From a virus (lineage: Duplodnaviria; Caudoviricetes), in IMG/VR virus record IMGVR_UViG_3300022407_003597, positions 1-57,731 of that record: a DNA stretch of 57,731 nucleotides. One strand, written 5' to 3'. The position numbers were made by a program, and so were the translations under genes. Below are positions 29,556 to 38,857 of the stretch, piece after piece (position 1 is the stretch's first letter; each line of letters begins with the position of its first letter). The notes beneath the pieces are model-generated. The model had not been told where the DNA came from. It made no database searches and saw only the letters and a program-made list of their open reading frames with translations.

Positions 29556-29752
29556 ACGTGACCATTCAACATATCCGACAGGCGCGGGAAAAGCACGGTG
29601 GCTATTGTCCAGGTGGGATTCGTTATTGGTGCGAACGTCACGGTCTGGACTTCAGAAAAGCGCTTACGCAAGGCTATCCGATCGAAGAGATCGAAGCCAT
29701 TGACGATGTGTTTGCGAAGCGAGTTGTGGCAATTGCCAAAGGAGAACAGTAA
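29552..29752 (+). CDS. Small tail assembly protein
   Basis: GYC..G.R.W.ERHGLD motif; GTGA overlap. Confidence 0.75.
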   Translation: MNVTIQHIRQAREKHGGYCPGGIRYWCERHGLDFRKALTQGYPIEEIEAIDDVFAKRVVAIAKGEQ

Positions 29753-31560
29753 TGAGCGGCGGTGGCGGCGGCAAGTCATATGTCAGTGGATATCGCTATT
29801 TGTTCGGCATCCACATGGGCCTCGGACGTGGTCCTGTCGATGAGCTGAGCGAGATTCAGGTAGGCGATCGGACTGCCTGGGTGGGCTCAGTTACCGACAA
29901 CGCTGTGATTGATATCAATGCTCCGAATTTGTTTGGAGGTGAAGACAAGGAAGGTGGCATTAAAGGTCCGCTTCATGTTTTGATGGGTGGACCTACTCAA
30001 GTTGCGCCTACGGCGTTGCGAGCGCTGTTTGACGGCGGTATGCCTTACAACGTAACGATTTCCGGAGTTAGCTTGCCTGGTTCAATGCCGGGTGTTTACG
30101 CTCGCAGCTACACCAACGGAATTTATTCATACAACAAAGCAGGCTCAGGTATCAACATCGACGGTGCTGGTCGCTGGATGGTTTCAGTCGGAGGCCGTTT
30201 CTTCAGAACATTGGACTCGTTCAAGTCGCCCGATCTTTGCCCACCCAACCGATGGAGAGAGGTGACTTTCACATTTAGCGGATGGGACTATGAAACTGGT
30301 CAAGAAATAATCATCGAAAATTATTTCTCAGTGAACATGGCCTGCTCTGGCGAATACGAGAAGATGCCGGGCTATCGTCAGATGTTCACTGCGTATTTCA
30401 ATGGCGTGGTATCGATGAATAATCCGTACCCTAAGCCGTGGAAATTCAGATTCACTCGTCGTCAAAAAGATTGGGACGGCGAGGTCTGGCATCCTGAGCT
30501 TTGCAGCATCGACATTCCGCATGAAGATGCTGCATATGGCAACATCAAAGCGATGAATGGCGTTCACATCATCTATGAATGCATCACCAATCGTAAATGG
30601 GGTCGCGGTCTGTCGCGTGATCTGATCGACGATGCTGCGTTTTTGAATGCTGCCCAGACTCTCTACACAGAGAAGTTTGGCCTATGCATGCGCTGGGTTA
30701 ACAGTGAAGTCATCGAGAACTTCATTCAGTTCGTTGCAGACCACATCGGAGCAACTATCTTCCTTGACCGCTTCACGGGACTTCTCAGCATCAAACTGAT
30801 TCGGTCTGACTACTCTCCGGAAAACTCGCCTGTCTTCACCAACGAAACCGGCTTGATTTCGATCAAGGACGCGATCGTCGGAACTGTCGGCCAAGGCGTG
30901 AACGAGGTGGAGGTGACTTACCGCGATCCTAAGTTGAACGAGGATAGAACTGTCAAGGCTTTCAATCTCGCAGCGTTCCAAGCCTCAGGTGCCATCGTCA
31001 ACACGTTGAAGAAGAGCTACATTGGACTGCCGACTCCTGACCTTGCGCTGAAGGTCGCGCAGCGTGATCTGCGCGCGGCTAGCGTCAACTTGCGTCGGTA
31101 CACAGTCACGCTCGATCGTCGCGGTCGCTCTATCGTTCCTGGTAGTGTGTTCTACATCCAGGACCCAGTCCGGTCCATAGGACTGACTGCTTTACGCGCG
31201 GGCATGGTGTCCGAGGGTGAGGCCAAGAACGCCACGATCACCATTACTGCGGTGCAGGACGTTTTTTCGTTGCCTCAAGTGCCGTGGAATACACCTGTGC
31301 AGAACACATGGGTTCCGGCCGACACAGGCACTGGCTGTCTTGACGTTCACCGTGTATTCGAGATGCCGTACTTCATCTTGGCTGGCGCGCTCAGGCGTGC
31401 AGATTTGGCCTTTGTCAGAGAGAATGACGGCATCATCGGCACGCTGTGCGCTCGCGGCAAGCCCATGAATGGGGCTTACAAGATTGCGGCGCGCAGTGGT
31501 GCTCCGACCCCTGACGATGAACCAAACACTGAAGACTACTTCTGCGGGTATGTGCCATGA
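29752..31560 (+). CDS. Tail tip / central fibre protein, N-terminal part
   Basis: GYRY..GIHMGLGRGPVD, LFGG..KEGG, NNPYPKPW, AMN..HIIYE..TN..WG.G. Confidence 0.85.
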   Translation: MSGGGGGKSYVSGYRYLFGIHMGLGRGPVDELSEIQVGDRTAWVGSVTDNAVIDINAPNLFGGEDKEGGIKGPLHVLMGGPTQVAPTALRALFDGGMPYNVTISGVSLPGSMPGVYARSYTNGIYSYNKAGSGINIDGAGRWMVSVGGRFFRTLDSFKSPDLCPPNRWREVTFTFSGWDYETGQEIIIENYFSVNMACSGEYEKMPGYRQMFTAYFNGVVSMNNPYPKPWKFRFTRRQKDWDGEVWHPELCSIDIPHEDAAYGNIKAMNGVHIIYECITNRKWGRGLSRDLIDDAAFLNAAQTLYTEKFGLCMRWVNSEVIENFIQFVADHIGATIFLDRFTGLLSIKLIRSDYSPENSPVFTNETGLISIKDAIVGTVGQGVNEVEVTYRDPKLNEDRTVKAFNLAAFQASGAIVNTLKKSYIGLPTPDLALKVAQRDLRAASVNLRRYTVTLDRRGRSIVPGSVFYIQDPVRSIGLTALRAGMVSEGEAKNATITITAVQDVFSLPQVPWNTPVQNTWVPADTGTGCLDVHRVFEMPYFILAGALRRADLAFVRENDGIIGTLCARGKPMNGAYKIAARSGAPTPDDEPNTEDYFCGYVP

Positions 31561-32774
31561 GCGCTGCTGACTACGAACTTACCGCCTCCGACATGCCCTT
31601 CTGCCCGCTTGGCACGCTGGGTGCAGACATGGGCTACTCCCATAGCTCATTCCAACTTCGCGGCTTGCTGAACACGCGTCCTGAGGACGTTGAGGTGGGC
31701 ATGGCCGTCATGATCGACGATGAGATCATGCAAGTCACGGCCATCGAATATCCGGTCATCACTGTTGGCACAATGCGTGGATGCGCTGACACAGTGCCTG
31801 CCATTCATCGCACCGATGCCTACGTTTGGTTCTTCAACGAATCCATCGGATCGGATTGGAAAGCCTACTCGGCTGGCGACACCATAGGTGTCAAGTTGTT
31901 GCCGTACACGCCGACCGGCAATCCGATCCCAACCGAGGCTGCGCCGCCTCATCAGATCGATTTCAATTGGCGGCAACATCGACCGTACCCACCAGGGAAC
32001 GTGCTGTGTCAAGGCACACCGTGGTTCGACTCGCTCAAGGAGATGCCACTTGAGTCCAACACTCTGACTTGGAACTGGGCTCATCGTGACCGACTCGTGC
32101 AGGCAGACCAGCTTGTTGGACACACAGAGGGGAACATCGGTCCTGAGATTGGTACGACATATCGAATCGAAGTTCGGGACGTGGATGAGAACGTTCTTCG
32201 AATTGTCGAAGGACTGACTGGTACTACTTGGACGTACACCCGCGAGATGATCGAAGACGACGGCTTCACATCGCAGGAGGCTTACGTCGATCTCTTCAGT
32301 GCGCGTGACGGCTATCTGTCTTTGCAGAAATACCGAACTGAGATTTTCATCTTCGGTGGCGACGGCGTGATCGTGTCGTTCGGTGATCTTGGCTGGCCCG
32401 GCGTCAAGACCAACTGCGGCGTCAGTGGGACTATCTTGGACAACCAAGGTGTTCAGACTTGGGAAGGCTACGGAGACGATTCGTGGACAGACCTTGGTTC
32501 TGAAACTTGGGCCAACACACCTTCTACGCCAATCACCTACGAGCACCCTGTCGTTGACCTGGGCGAACAAAGACTCTGGTATGTGGCCGTGTCCTTACTT
32601 GCTCAAGGCCCAGTGTCGGCTGAAGTCGCCCTGAGCGACGATGGTGTTACGTTCGGCGATTGGGAGTTCGCGGGCTTCGAAGCCACGACTCGATACATCA
32701 AGACGCGCGTGACCGTCACAGGTTCCAACCCCAACCTGCAAATTGCAAGGTTGTCCGTTTATCCGAGGGATTAA
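31557..32774 (+). CDS. Tail tip protein, C-terminal part
   Basis: IDDEI, RGC.DTVP..H, RPYPPGNV, W.HRDR..QAD, GPE.GTTY motifs; extra C-terminal beta domain. Confidence 0.8.
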   Translation: MSAADYELTASDMPFCPLGTLGADMGYSHSSFQLRGLLNTRPEDVEVGMAVMIDDEIMQVTAIEYPVITVGTMRGCADTVPAIHRTDAYVWFFNESIGSDWKAYSAGDTIGVKLLPYTPTGNPIPTEAAPPHQIDFNWRQHRPYPPGNVLCQGTPWFDSLKEMPLESNTLTWNWAHRDRLVQADQLVGHTEGNIGPEIGTTYRIEVRDVDENVLRIVEGLTGTTWTYTREMIEDDGFTSQEAYVDLFSARDGYLSLQKYRTEIFIFGGDGVIVSFGDLGWPGVKTNCGVSGTILDNQGVQTWEGYGDDSWTDLGSETWANTPSTPITYEHPVVDLGEQRLWYVAVSLLAQGPVSAEVALSDDGVTFGDWEFAGFEATTRYIKTRVTVTGSNPNLQIARLSVYPRD

Positions 32775-32777
32775 GAC

Positions 32778-34742
32778 ATGGCACAAATCGACCAATCGAA
32801 CATGGACCAGCCTGTCAAGAAGGCAGGTAAGGCTCGTTCGGCCATCAACTACATGGCAACGCTTCTGAATGGGTTGATGGGCTACCTGTCATCGCCGTTG
32901 GACGCGGATGAACAAACTGCGTTTCGCAACGGTATCAACGCGCCAAGCAAAAGCGGTGGTGGCGCAACAGGTACGTGGTCGATTGGTATCTCAGGCAACG
33001 CCTCCACGGTCACGTCGATAACATCAGGGCACGTTACGGACGCTCTTGGGTTCACACCGCTTGACGCTGCTGAGAAGGGGGCCACCAACGGCGTGGCACC
33101 GTTGGTCGGCGGATTTGTTCCAGCAGGAAACTTGCCGTCCTATGTTGACGACGTTGTTGAAGTTGAGGACTTCGCCTCGTTGCCAGTGACAGGCGAGACT
33201 GGAAAAATCTACGTCCTGGAAGAAGAACACACGACGGTCGAGGGTACGACGCATCAGTTCCGTTGGAGTGGCAGCACGTACATCCCGATCATCTCAGCAC
33301 CCGGTTCAACAGATGCTGTAGCAGAGGGCTCAAACCTCTACTTCACGACCGCCAGGGTGCTCGGCACTGTCCTTGCCGGCATATCGTTCGTCACTAGCAC
33401 TGCTGTCACTGCAGCCGACACCGTGCTTGTGGGCATCGGCAAGTTGCAGGCTCAGGTGACGGCCCTGAACAGCAGCAAGGAGTCCTCGATCGCGGCAGGG
33501 AGCACGGCTCAATACTGGCGCGGTGACAAGACCTGGGTGGCCTTCGCGGCTGACGTGCTTGGTACGGCCTTGACCGGCCTGTCTGTTCTCAGCGCTACCG
33601 TTGTCGAGGCTACCGACACCGTGCTTGTGGGCATCGGCAAGTTGCAGGCTCAGGTGTCAGGGTTGCGCGCGGACGTTGACGCATTGGCAATCGGGTCAAG
33701 TGAGTTTCTGAGCCCTGTGGTTGTGACGATCAGCACAGCAGCAGCGACAGCGGCAAAGACAGGCACGGCAAGTGATGATGCGGTGTCAGGTCGCGTCTAT
33801 GTGCTTGAGTTCACCAACTCGAACACCGCCGCGTCACCTACGTTGGCGATCAATGGCGGTTCGGCCTATCCATTGAAGCTGAGTGGTGCAAACGGCAACA
33901 ACGTCACTGTCACGGGAAGTTCGATCCTCGTTTGGTTTGACGGGGCTGAGTTTCAACTTTTCGGTTCTCAGAGCAGCCGATTGAATCAAGGCGCGAGTGC
34001 AGATATCGCATCGGCGTCCACGCTTGACCTGACAACTCGGGACGGCAATGTCGTTCGAGTGACTGGCACCAATGCAATCACGGCCGTCACTTTGCCGAAC
34101 GGTGAGCAGGTTTTCGTGATTGCGGACGGCGCTCTGCCGCTCACCTATCACGCAACGAACATGCCGTTGCCTGGTGGCGCTAGCTATACATGCTCTGCTG
34201 GCGATGCTGTTCTTTTTACAAGAGATCGCACAGGCGCATTGAACATTCAGATTTTCAAGAAGAACGCTTTGAATGGAACTGCTTTTGTCAGCACGCAAGC
34301 TACAACAAGTGGTTCTGAGAAAACCTGGTCAGTACCAACAGGTGTTCGTCGAATTGCCATTCATCTACTTTCCGTAACTCCTAGCGTTGATTCAGTCTTA
34401 TACGTTCGAATCGGGACAGGTGGTGTAGTTGCAACAACTGGGTATGCCACGACGAGCGGTGTCTTTAACGGTTCAAATGCAACGGCAACAACAACTGCAA
34501 CGACTGGCTTCATTGCAGTTGGAATTACAGCGGCCACAACATTGTCTGGGACCTTCATTCTTGAACTGGTCGATCCGTCGACTGACATATGGACGTGCAG
34601 CGCAAATCTAGCGGGTAGCAATGCTGCATCATACTTAGTTGCAGGCTACGTCGACCTTTCAGGGGCAGCCAATATAGTGGCTCTTGGATGCGGTGTTGGA
34701 GCATTTGATGGCGGAAATGCCAGCGTCACGTACTCGTACTAA
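32778..34742 (+). CDS. Tail fibre protein 1
   Basis: Ala/Gly/Thr-rich; ALGFTP, LPSYVDDV, TD.VAEG.NLYFT.AR, repeated DTVLVGIGKLQAQV. Confidence 0.85.
   Translation: MAQIDQSNMDQPVKKAGKARSAINYMATLLNGLMGYLSSPLDADEQTAFRNGINAPSKSGGGATGTWSIGISGNASTVTSITSGHVTDALGFTPLDAAEKGATNGVAPLVGGFVPAGNLPSYVDDVVEVEDFASLPVTGETGKIYVLEEEHTTVEGTTHQFRWSGSTYIPIISAPGSTDAVAEGSNLYFTTARVLGTVLAGISFVTSTAVTAADTVLVGIGKLQAQVTALNSSKESSIAAGSTAQYWRGDKTWVAFAADVLGTALTGLSVLSATVVEATDTVLVGIGKLQAQVSGLRADVDALAIGSSEFLSPVVVTISTAAATAAKTGTASDDAVSGRVYVLEFTNSNTAASPTLAINGGSAYPLKLSGANGNNVTVTGSSILVWFDGAEFQLFGSQSSRLNQGASADIASASTLDLTTRDGNVVRVTGTNAITAVTLPNGEQVFVIADGALPLTYHATNMPLPGGASYTCSAGDAVLFTRDRTGALNIQIFKKNALNGTAFVSTQATTSGSEKTWSVPTGVRRIAIHLLSVTPSVDSVLYVRIGTGGVVATTGYATTSGVFNGSNATATTTATTGFIAVGITAATTLSGTFILELVDPSTDIWTCSANLAGSNAASYLVAGYVDLSGAANIVALGCGVGAFDGGNASVTYSY
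33415..33656 (+). repeat. Exact 44-nt direct repeat inside fibre 1
   Basis: CCGACACCGTGCTTGTGGGCATCGGCAAGTTGCAGGCTCAGGTG at 33415-33458 and 33613-33656. Confidence 0.9.
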
Positions 34743-34744
34743 TC

Positions 34745-35449
34745 ATGAAAAAAGCAATCTTTCTTTTATTTTTTTGCGTTCATTCGGCAATGGCGCAAAA
34801 CTATTGGGAGCCTCATTTTGAGGCTCGTTCCGCAATGGCGGCGTACCACGCTCAGACATTAGGCACAGGTAAAACTCTGCTTATTGGCGACTCCAACACG
34901 GAGGCTTTTTGGTGGAACAATCTGAGCGGTTGTCCTGCGATCAATGCAGGCATGGGTGGCGCTCGAATTCGGGATATTTCAACTCGGGCCGCAGCGATTG
35001 CTGCAGTCACGCAGCCCAAGCATGTGCACCTAATGATCGGCACCAACAACGTCACGCTGCCGTCAGGCCACGCGGAATTGGCGACGATGCAGGCTGATAT
35101 TGAAACCATCATTGCATCGTTCCAGGCTTATGGAGCGCAGGTTGTCGTTTGGCCTGCCGCGCCGTTCACATCGAATTGGAGCACTGACAACACCCGACGC
35201 GACCAAATAAATGCAGCAGCCCAAGCCGCAGCAAGCGCTCGTGGAGCCTACTGGGATTGGTATTGGCCCAACACGATCACGATTTACGGCTCAACAAACA
35301 ACGGGCAAGTGACTAGCGGTTATGCAGTAACTGGTGCAGTTGTTGGTGATGGCGTTCACTTCTCAGCAAACACTCATGTGTCGAGGTATTACCGCATTGA
35401 AGTTTGGCGTCAGCACATCAAGATGAACACTGGAATTGACTGTCAATAA
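34745..35449 (+). CDS. Secreted SGNH/GDSL hydrolase (esterase)
   Basis: Signal peptide MKKAIFLLFFCVHSAMA; blocks GDSN, NAGMGG, GTNN, DGVH. Confidence 0.85.
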   Translation: MKKAIFLLFFCVHSAMAQNYWEPHFEARSAMAAYHAQTLGTGKTLLIGDSNTEAFWWNNLSGCPAINAGMGGARIRDISTRAAAIAAVTQPKHVHLMIGTNNVTLPSGHAELATMQADIETIIASFQAYGAQVVVWPAAPFTSNWSTDNTRRDQINAAAQAAASARGAYWDWYWPNTITIYGSTNNGQVTSGYAVTGAVVGDGVHFSANTHVSRYYRIEVWRQHIKMNTGIDCQ

Positions 35450-35466
35450 ATATCAAGAGAAAACAA

Positions 35467-36195
35467 ATGAGCGCCATCCACGCATCTGTCGTCGGCTCGT
35501 GTGCCGCGAGTCAGTTCTTCGAGTTCAATGAAACGGTGACGACTACCGTTCTGAACTACAACCTGGCAGCTCGTGCGGTGGCTGCTGGGTGGGATTCAGT
35601 GACTCGCTTAAAGTCTAGGGTCATCGTTTCAGGATCAGGTCGCATAGGTTCCAACAATGCGTCAATCGCTGGCTTTGATACCGGAATATGCCCATTTGGA
35701 AGCGACATTTTGCTGACGATCAACTCTGGTTTGTATTTGGTTGGAAAGGGCGGCGACGGCGGTGGAGCAAGCGGGTCTTCTGCTTACAAAGGAAGCCCCG
35801 GGGGTCCTGCCTTGCAGGCTAGGTGTCCGATGGGGATAAATAACTCGGGTGTGATTGGCGGCGGTGGCGGCGGTGGAAATCTAGGTTATGGCAACGGCGG
35901 AAGTCCGTACTTCATCACCGGAAGCGGAGGGGCAGGCGAACAAGTCGGAATTGCTAATTCAGCAGGTAAGAGCCCGGGAAATCCAGGTTCGATAGCCTCT
36001 GGTGGAGCAAGGGTCTATTATCCGAACGGAACTCAATACAACGGAAAGGGTGGCGACCTCGGCCAAGCTGGCCAAGACTCAAGTTACTACTACTACCCTT
36101 TGTATGAAACTGCAGGCGCGCCGGGTGCAGCAGTCATCGGCAACTCGTTCATCACCTGGATCAACCTCGGCACACGACTCGGCGCTATCACGTAA
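35467..36195 (+). CDS. Glycine-rich receptor-binding adhesin (T-even gp38-like)
   Basis: GKGGDGG, G.PGGPAL, INNSGVIGGGGGGG, C-terminal GAAV.G....W...G...G. Confidence 0.7.
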   Translation: MSAIHASVVGSCAASQFFEFNETVTTTVLNYNLAARAVAAGWDSVTRLKSRVIVSGSGRIGSNNASIAGFDTGICPFGSDILLTINSGLYLVGKGGDGGGASGSSAYKGSPGGPALQARCPMGINNSGVIGGGGGGGNLGYGNGGSPYFITGSGGAGEQVGIANSAGKSPGNPGSIASGGARVYYPNGTQYNGKGGDLGQAGQDSSYYYYPLYETAGAPGAAVIGNSFITWINLGTRLGAIT

Positions 36196-36207
36196 GGACA
36201 ACAGACC

Positions 36208-37062
36208 ATGGCACAGATCGACCAAACCAACCTGGACAGTGGCGACGACTTCCCGCGCCTCGCACGAGCGGCATTGAACGCCATTGCCACATGGGCCAAC
36301 ATGCTGATGGGATACGTGACCTCAACCATAAGCACAGAAGAACTCGCCGCAATACGCGCATCACTTGATGTGCCCAAGCGTGATGGCACAGATGCCACCG
36401 GAACATGGGATATTGCTGTTGAGAACGGTGTTGTCACAAACACAGCACAGACGATCACCGGCCGCAAGACCTTCTCGTCATCACGCGCGTCGTACAGCGA
36501 AGACTCGTCACAAGCAGCGGTTGTCTCGGCATCTGGTGCCGCTGCGGACTTCGCCACACTCTCTTACGCAATTCTCGACGGTGGTTACTCTGTCCAATCG
36601 GGCTATCGTCTCAACGGTGGCTCCGTGCATCAGATCGGATGGTTCAAGACCAACGGCGATCCTGTCTTCGTTTTCGACCCGACCACTGCGCCGACTGGCC
36701 TGTTGGCGATGCAAGGCGACGGCGTTGTTTCCGGATCAGGGGTCACGACCGATCAGTTGGTTGCCAATATCCAAGGACTGGTGACAGGCTCGTCGACGGG
36801 TGACTTAATAGCCAGCGATGCAGGACGTGTCTGCTCAGGCACCGCCAACCGTACAGTACCTGCCAACGTGTTTTCCGTGGGCCAAGTCGTCACCATCGAC
36901 AACACCGGAGGCAGTACCTTTACCATCTCACCCGGCGCTGGCCTGACGTTGCGTAAGGGGGGCACTGCACTCACTGGTGCCGTCACGGTCATGGCCCACG
37001 GACAAGTCACTCTTCTATTCCGTTCCGCAACTTTGGCAGTCGCCGCAGGACACCTCCAATGA
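36208..37062 (+). CDS. Tail fibre protein 2
   Basis: N-terminus homologous to fibre 1 (MAQIDQ.N.D...AR.A.N..AT..N.LMGY, ATGTW.I); QTITG.KTF motif. Confidence 0.8.
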   Translation: MAQIDQTNLDSGDDFPRLARAALNAIATWANMLMGYVTSTISTEELAAIRASLDVPKRDGTDATGTWDIAVENGVVTNTAQTITGRKTFSSSRASYSEDSSQAAVVSASGAAADFATLSYAILDGGYSVQSGYRLNGGSVHQIGWFKTNGDPVFVFDPTTAPTGLLAMQGDGVVSGSGVTTDQLVANIQGLVTGSSTGDLIASDAGRVCSGTANRTVPANVFSVGQVVTIDNTGGSTFTISPGAGLTLRKGGTALTGAVTVMAHGQVTLLFRSATLAVAAGHLQ

Positions 37063-37424
37063 CCCAAAAAATCGAATTCATCGCAGTAAGCGCGTCAGGG
37101 ATCAGCGTTCTCAACATCGCAACCGGCCTACACCCGGCTCTGCTGATCGCAGGTTTCATCGGAGGCTTGTGGGCACAGACCTACGCACCGTCCAAGAGCT
37201 TCTTCGGACGGATCGGCATGTCTTTGATCGCCTCACTGGTCAGTGGGTGGTTCACGCCTGCCGTCGTGGCGGTCATGACCGCGCACTTCAATTTCTTGCA
37301 AGGTGTTTCACCTCGTCTGTTGGAACTGCCGACCGCTGTGATTTTCGGTCTGCTGGTCCACACGGTGATCGGCCCGTTTGCCATCAAGTTCGTCAAGCGC
37401 AAGCTGAATGAGAGGATCAAATGA
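37059..37424 (+). CDS. Putative holin
   Basis: About three hydrophobic segments, basic C-terminus, upstream of the endolysin. Confidence 0.65.
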   Translation: MTQKIEFIAVSASGISVLNIATGLHPALLIAGFIGGLWAQTYAPSKSFFGRIGMSLIASLVSGWFTPAVVAVMTAHFNFLQGVSPRLLELPTAVIFGLLVHTVIGPFAIKFVKRKLNERIK

Positions 37425-37720
37425 TCGACACAATCATTCAAATCGTAGCCCTGATCGCGGCCGTCATCATGCTCCTGCGTGCCGACAGTGCGATCAAGAA
37501 CATGGGCCGTCAGACTCGCACGATAGTGCGAATGATCTTTGTCAGCATGGCCGGCACTGCTGCATTCCAGATCAGTGAAATCCTCTTCCACGATCATGTG
37601 CCAACCGTGTTCGAGTTGGTTTTCATGATCGGACTGGTCCTGCTCTTCTTCTTCGACAGCCGGCTCACTGCCTTCATCAAAAATGAATATCGAACTACTC
37701 CGCGCCGTCTACGGAATTGA
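37421..37720 (+). CDS. Membrane protein of the lysis cassette (holin/antiholin candidate)
   Basis: Three hydrophobic segments; overlaps both neighbours. Confidence 0.6.
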   Translation: MIDTIIQIVALIAAVIMLLRADSAIKNMGRQTRTIVRMIFVSMAGTAAFQISEILFHDHVPTVFELVFMIGLVLLFFFDSRLTAFIKNEYRTTPRRLRN

Positions 37721-38243
37721 TGCGCAGCGCGCGGCTGCGTGGCTACCCTACATGCGGGAAGCCCTGGCCTTCGCCTCCATCACCACCATGCAGCGCAAAG
37801 CCTGCTGGCTGGCCCAGATCGGCCACGAGAGCGGCTGTTTGCGCTACACCAAGGAGTTGTGGGGTCCCACCAGCCAGCAGCGGCGCTACGACCCGGTCAC
37901 GACCCTTTCCGGGCGTCTTGGCAACATCCACCCGGGCGACGGCGAGCGCTACATGGGCCGGGGGCTCATCCAGACCACCGGCCGGGCCAACTACGCCTTG
38001 ACCACGGTGATGCTGCGCCAGCTCCTGGGCACCAACGATGTGCCCGACTTCGAGGCCCGGCCGGAACTGCTGCAGCTCACACGCTGGGCCGCGCTGTCGG
38101 CCGCGCTGTTCTGGCGCGTCAAGGACTTGAACCGCTGGGCGGATAGCCTGGACTTCCAAGAGCTTACCCGCCGCATCAATGGAGGCTACAACGGCCTCGC
38201 ACACCGGCAGGCTCTTTATACCCGCGCGATAATTGCGCTTTGA
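37683..38243 (+). CDS. Endolysin, glycoside hydrolase family 19
   Basis: AQIGHESG, GDG.RY.GRGLIQ.TGRANY, TRRINGG.NGL..R. Confidence 0.92.
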   Translation: MNIELLRAVYGIDAQRAAAWLPYMREALAFASITTMQRKACWLAQIGHESGCLRYTKELWGPTSQQRRYDPVTTLSGRLGNIHPGDGERYMGRGLIQTTGRANYALTTVMLRQLLGTNDVPDFEARPELLQLTRWAALSAALFWRVKDLNRWADSLDFQELTRRINGGYNGLAHRQALYTRAIIAL

Positions 38244-38255
38244 CAGGAGAAAATC

Positions 38256-38855
38256 ATGGACATTATTGGAAGCCTGATCGGCGGCGTCCTGAGCGGCGGC
38301 GCGACTGGCCTGATTGGCATCATCGTGCAGCGCTGGTTCGACAACAAGAAACAAAAGAACGATCTTGAGTTGGTCAAGCTGAACCACGAGAACGCCATCG
38401 CGCTCGCCAAGATCGAAAGTGAGTCGGCCAAACAAGTCGCCACGGTGCGCGCCGAAGCTGACATGGCAGTTGCCAGATCGGACGAGAACGCACGGGCCGA
38501 CGAGGCGGCAGCGAAGAGCCTGGTCGCCAGTTACGAGCACGACAAGGCCACTTACGGCGGTGCCAAGGCCGTAGGCCGCAAGGGCTGGGTCGGAGGGCTG
38601 GCCGCGCTGATGATGACAACGGTGGACTTCCTGCGCGGCTCCATCCGGCCTGGCATGACGGTCTACCTCTGCTATGTGGTCACGGTCCTGTTCTACTGGG
38701 CCAAGGACCTCGCTCAACAGAACGGCGTCACGCTGTCGCAGCCTCAGGTCGAGAATCTGCTGCTTCAGATCGTGGCGACCATCCTGTACGTGTTCACGAC
38801 CGTGACGCTTTGGTGGTTCGGTACACGTCCTGCAAACCAAGGCAAGGAGAAGTAA
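38256..38855 (+). CDS. Membrane protein resembling the GTA 3TM holin family
   Basis: N-terminal TM, coiled coil, R..IRP..T and WWFG.R motifs. Confidence 0.65.
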   Translation: MDIIGSLIGGVLSGGATGLIGIIVQRWFDNKKQKNDLELVKLNHENAIALAKIESESAKQVATVRAEADMAVARSDENARADEAAAKSLVASYEHDKATYGGAKAVGRKGWVGGLAALMMTTVDFLRGSIRPGMTVYLCYVVTVLFYWAKDLAQQNGVTLSQPQVENLLLQIVATILYVFTTVTLWWFGTRPANQGKEK

Positions 38856-38857
38856 GC

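Noticed and set aside
32778-37062. Diversity-generating retroelement or invertible fibre cassette
   Set aside because: No reverse transcriptase, no adenine-specific TR/VR pair, no invertase or flanking inverted repeats
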